From the NCBI GenBank assembly GCA_013239625.1, contig MU054001.1, forward strand, positions 7,336,174 to 7,400,173: a stretch of 64,000 nt of DNA. Direction: 5' to 3'. Positions 62,889 through 64,000 of this stretch are shown here, piece by piece. The notes beneath the pieces are model-generated. The model made no database searches. It was not told the DNA's origin and saw only the letters and a program-made list of their open reading frames with translations. The translations under genes were made by a program, and so were the position numbers. The stretch is from Lama guanicoe (taxonomy: Eukaryota). Position 1 is the first letter of the stretch. Every line of letters starts with the position of its first letter.

Positions 62889-63434
62889 AATTTCTTAGTT
62901 TTGATTACTGTACTGTGGTTATGTAAGACATTAATATTACTTGAGGCTAGATGAAAAGTATATGAAAACTTTGTGCTATCTTTGAACTCTTCTATAAATC
63001 TAAAATTATTTAAAATTTAAAAAATTAAATGCATGATTATGTATATACATATGGTTATATGTATATGTATATATAATACATCATTTATACCACAAGTTAT
63101 AGTAGAAATCAGGTTAGCACATCCTCAGTGCTTTTCTTTCTACCAACACTTCAGCATAGGAGCAGAGGAATGACTCTGTCTACACGCACCTTCCTCACTC
63201 TCTATATTCTCAGGTTTGGCCTCTCTGGGCCTCAGTGGATTCATCTATAAAGTGGGAGGTTAGGTTGTGGATCTGTAAGTCCTTCTCAGATTGAGATATC
63301 AAACTCTGAGGATGCCATCCTCATTTGCTGGATGATAATAGTATCTCAAGCCACTGAGGCCAACTTAACACTTGTTCTGCTTCCTGCATGGTAGGATTGC
63401 AGAGTAGGAGGCAGTCCTAACTACTATAAAAACA

Positions 63435-63610
63435 GCTAAGTCTTTGCTGTGTGCTGGGCACTATTCTGAGCCCTGACTAAACCCTCAGCACAACTATCGG
63501 TATCAGCATCCCCCCTTTACAGATGAGAAAGCTGAGGCCCTGAGAGGTGAAGGGTGCTGCTTGGGGGTATGCTGCTCAGAAGGGGCACAGCACTTGAGCT
63601 CTGTATGATC
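63435..63610 (-). mobile_element. MIR SINE relic
   Basis: 'tgtgtgctgggcactattctgag...cccctttacagatgagaaagctgaggccctgagaggtgaag'. Confidence 0.7.
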
Positions 63611-64000
63611 CTACAAGTGGTCCCATGCTGGAAGGAGCAGGATGGAGGCCCTGGAGACTTTGATGAAGCCCAGATGAAGGCAGGGACAGAGCCTGCCTCC
63701 TCTCCCCAGTTGGGAACAGTGCTGCTGGCTGGTGCCTGCCCCTCTGTGCCCAGGCCCCCTACAGGCCACGTTCTCAGCCCCAGACCCGGGTCCTGGCACA
63801 GGAACACTTGGGGGAGGGAACAATTTAGCGACTTGCTGACTCCAGAAGCGATTTCCTTTCAGCTGCCTCCCTGGGAACAAGGGGACTATCTCTCTCTCTA
63901 CCTCCTGTCTAACTCCTCCCAACCCAGCTCTTTATGGATGGTGTGGGCTCATGGGTGCCTGCATTTCACTTATTTTGTTTCCTCTATTGGCTTTACAAAA

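Larger units (their letters stand above)
59735..63030 (+). mobile_element. Ancient L1MD/MC-like 3'UTR in three pieces (59735-60224, 61531-61971, 62889-63030)
   Basis: The sequence is continuous across two TSD-bounded insertions and ends 'ctatctttgaactcttctataaatctaaaattatttaaaatttaaaaa'. Confidence 0.7.

Noticed and set aside
1..64000. A novel multi-gene system, CRISPR array or prokaryotic-type RT locus
   Set aside because: All RT and endonuclease ORFs are canonical mammalian L1 ORF2. No spaced repeat arrays or operon-like structure are present.

Overview
Mammalian genomic DNA dominated by repeats, with no recognisable host protein-coding exon. It is most likely from a camelid, inferred from two tRNA-Ala-derived SINEs of the vic-1 type at 53.9-54.2 kb. 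About 31 kb (9.8-40.9 kb) is an almost continuous nested LINE-1 pile. It holds three full-length L1s (A + 10127-16984, C - 24712-32056, D + 33606-40872), a 4.4-kb 5'-truncated L1 (B) and older L1 fragments. All L1 ORFs are disrupted, although ORF2 of L1-C is nearly intact. The flanks carry ancient MIR, L2, MER and MaLR relics, four ERV1-type solo LTRs, two twin-primed (5'-inverted) L1s with clean TSDs, an old/young L1 chimera, and a processed ferritin light chain (FTL) pseudogene whose iron-responsive element has a mutated loop. Four N gaps lie inside L1s, so some internal L1 oddities may be assembly artefacts. I found no convincing undescribed biological system. The best leads are L1 structural features: an antisense 5'UTR ORF, a ~400-nt inter-ORF spacer, 5'UTR monomer variation and recombination scars. 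Repeat family names come from my recognition of consensus motifs, not from a database search.
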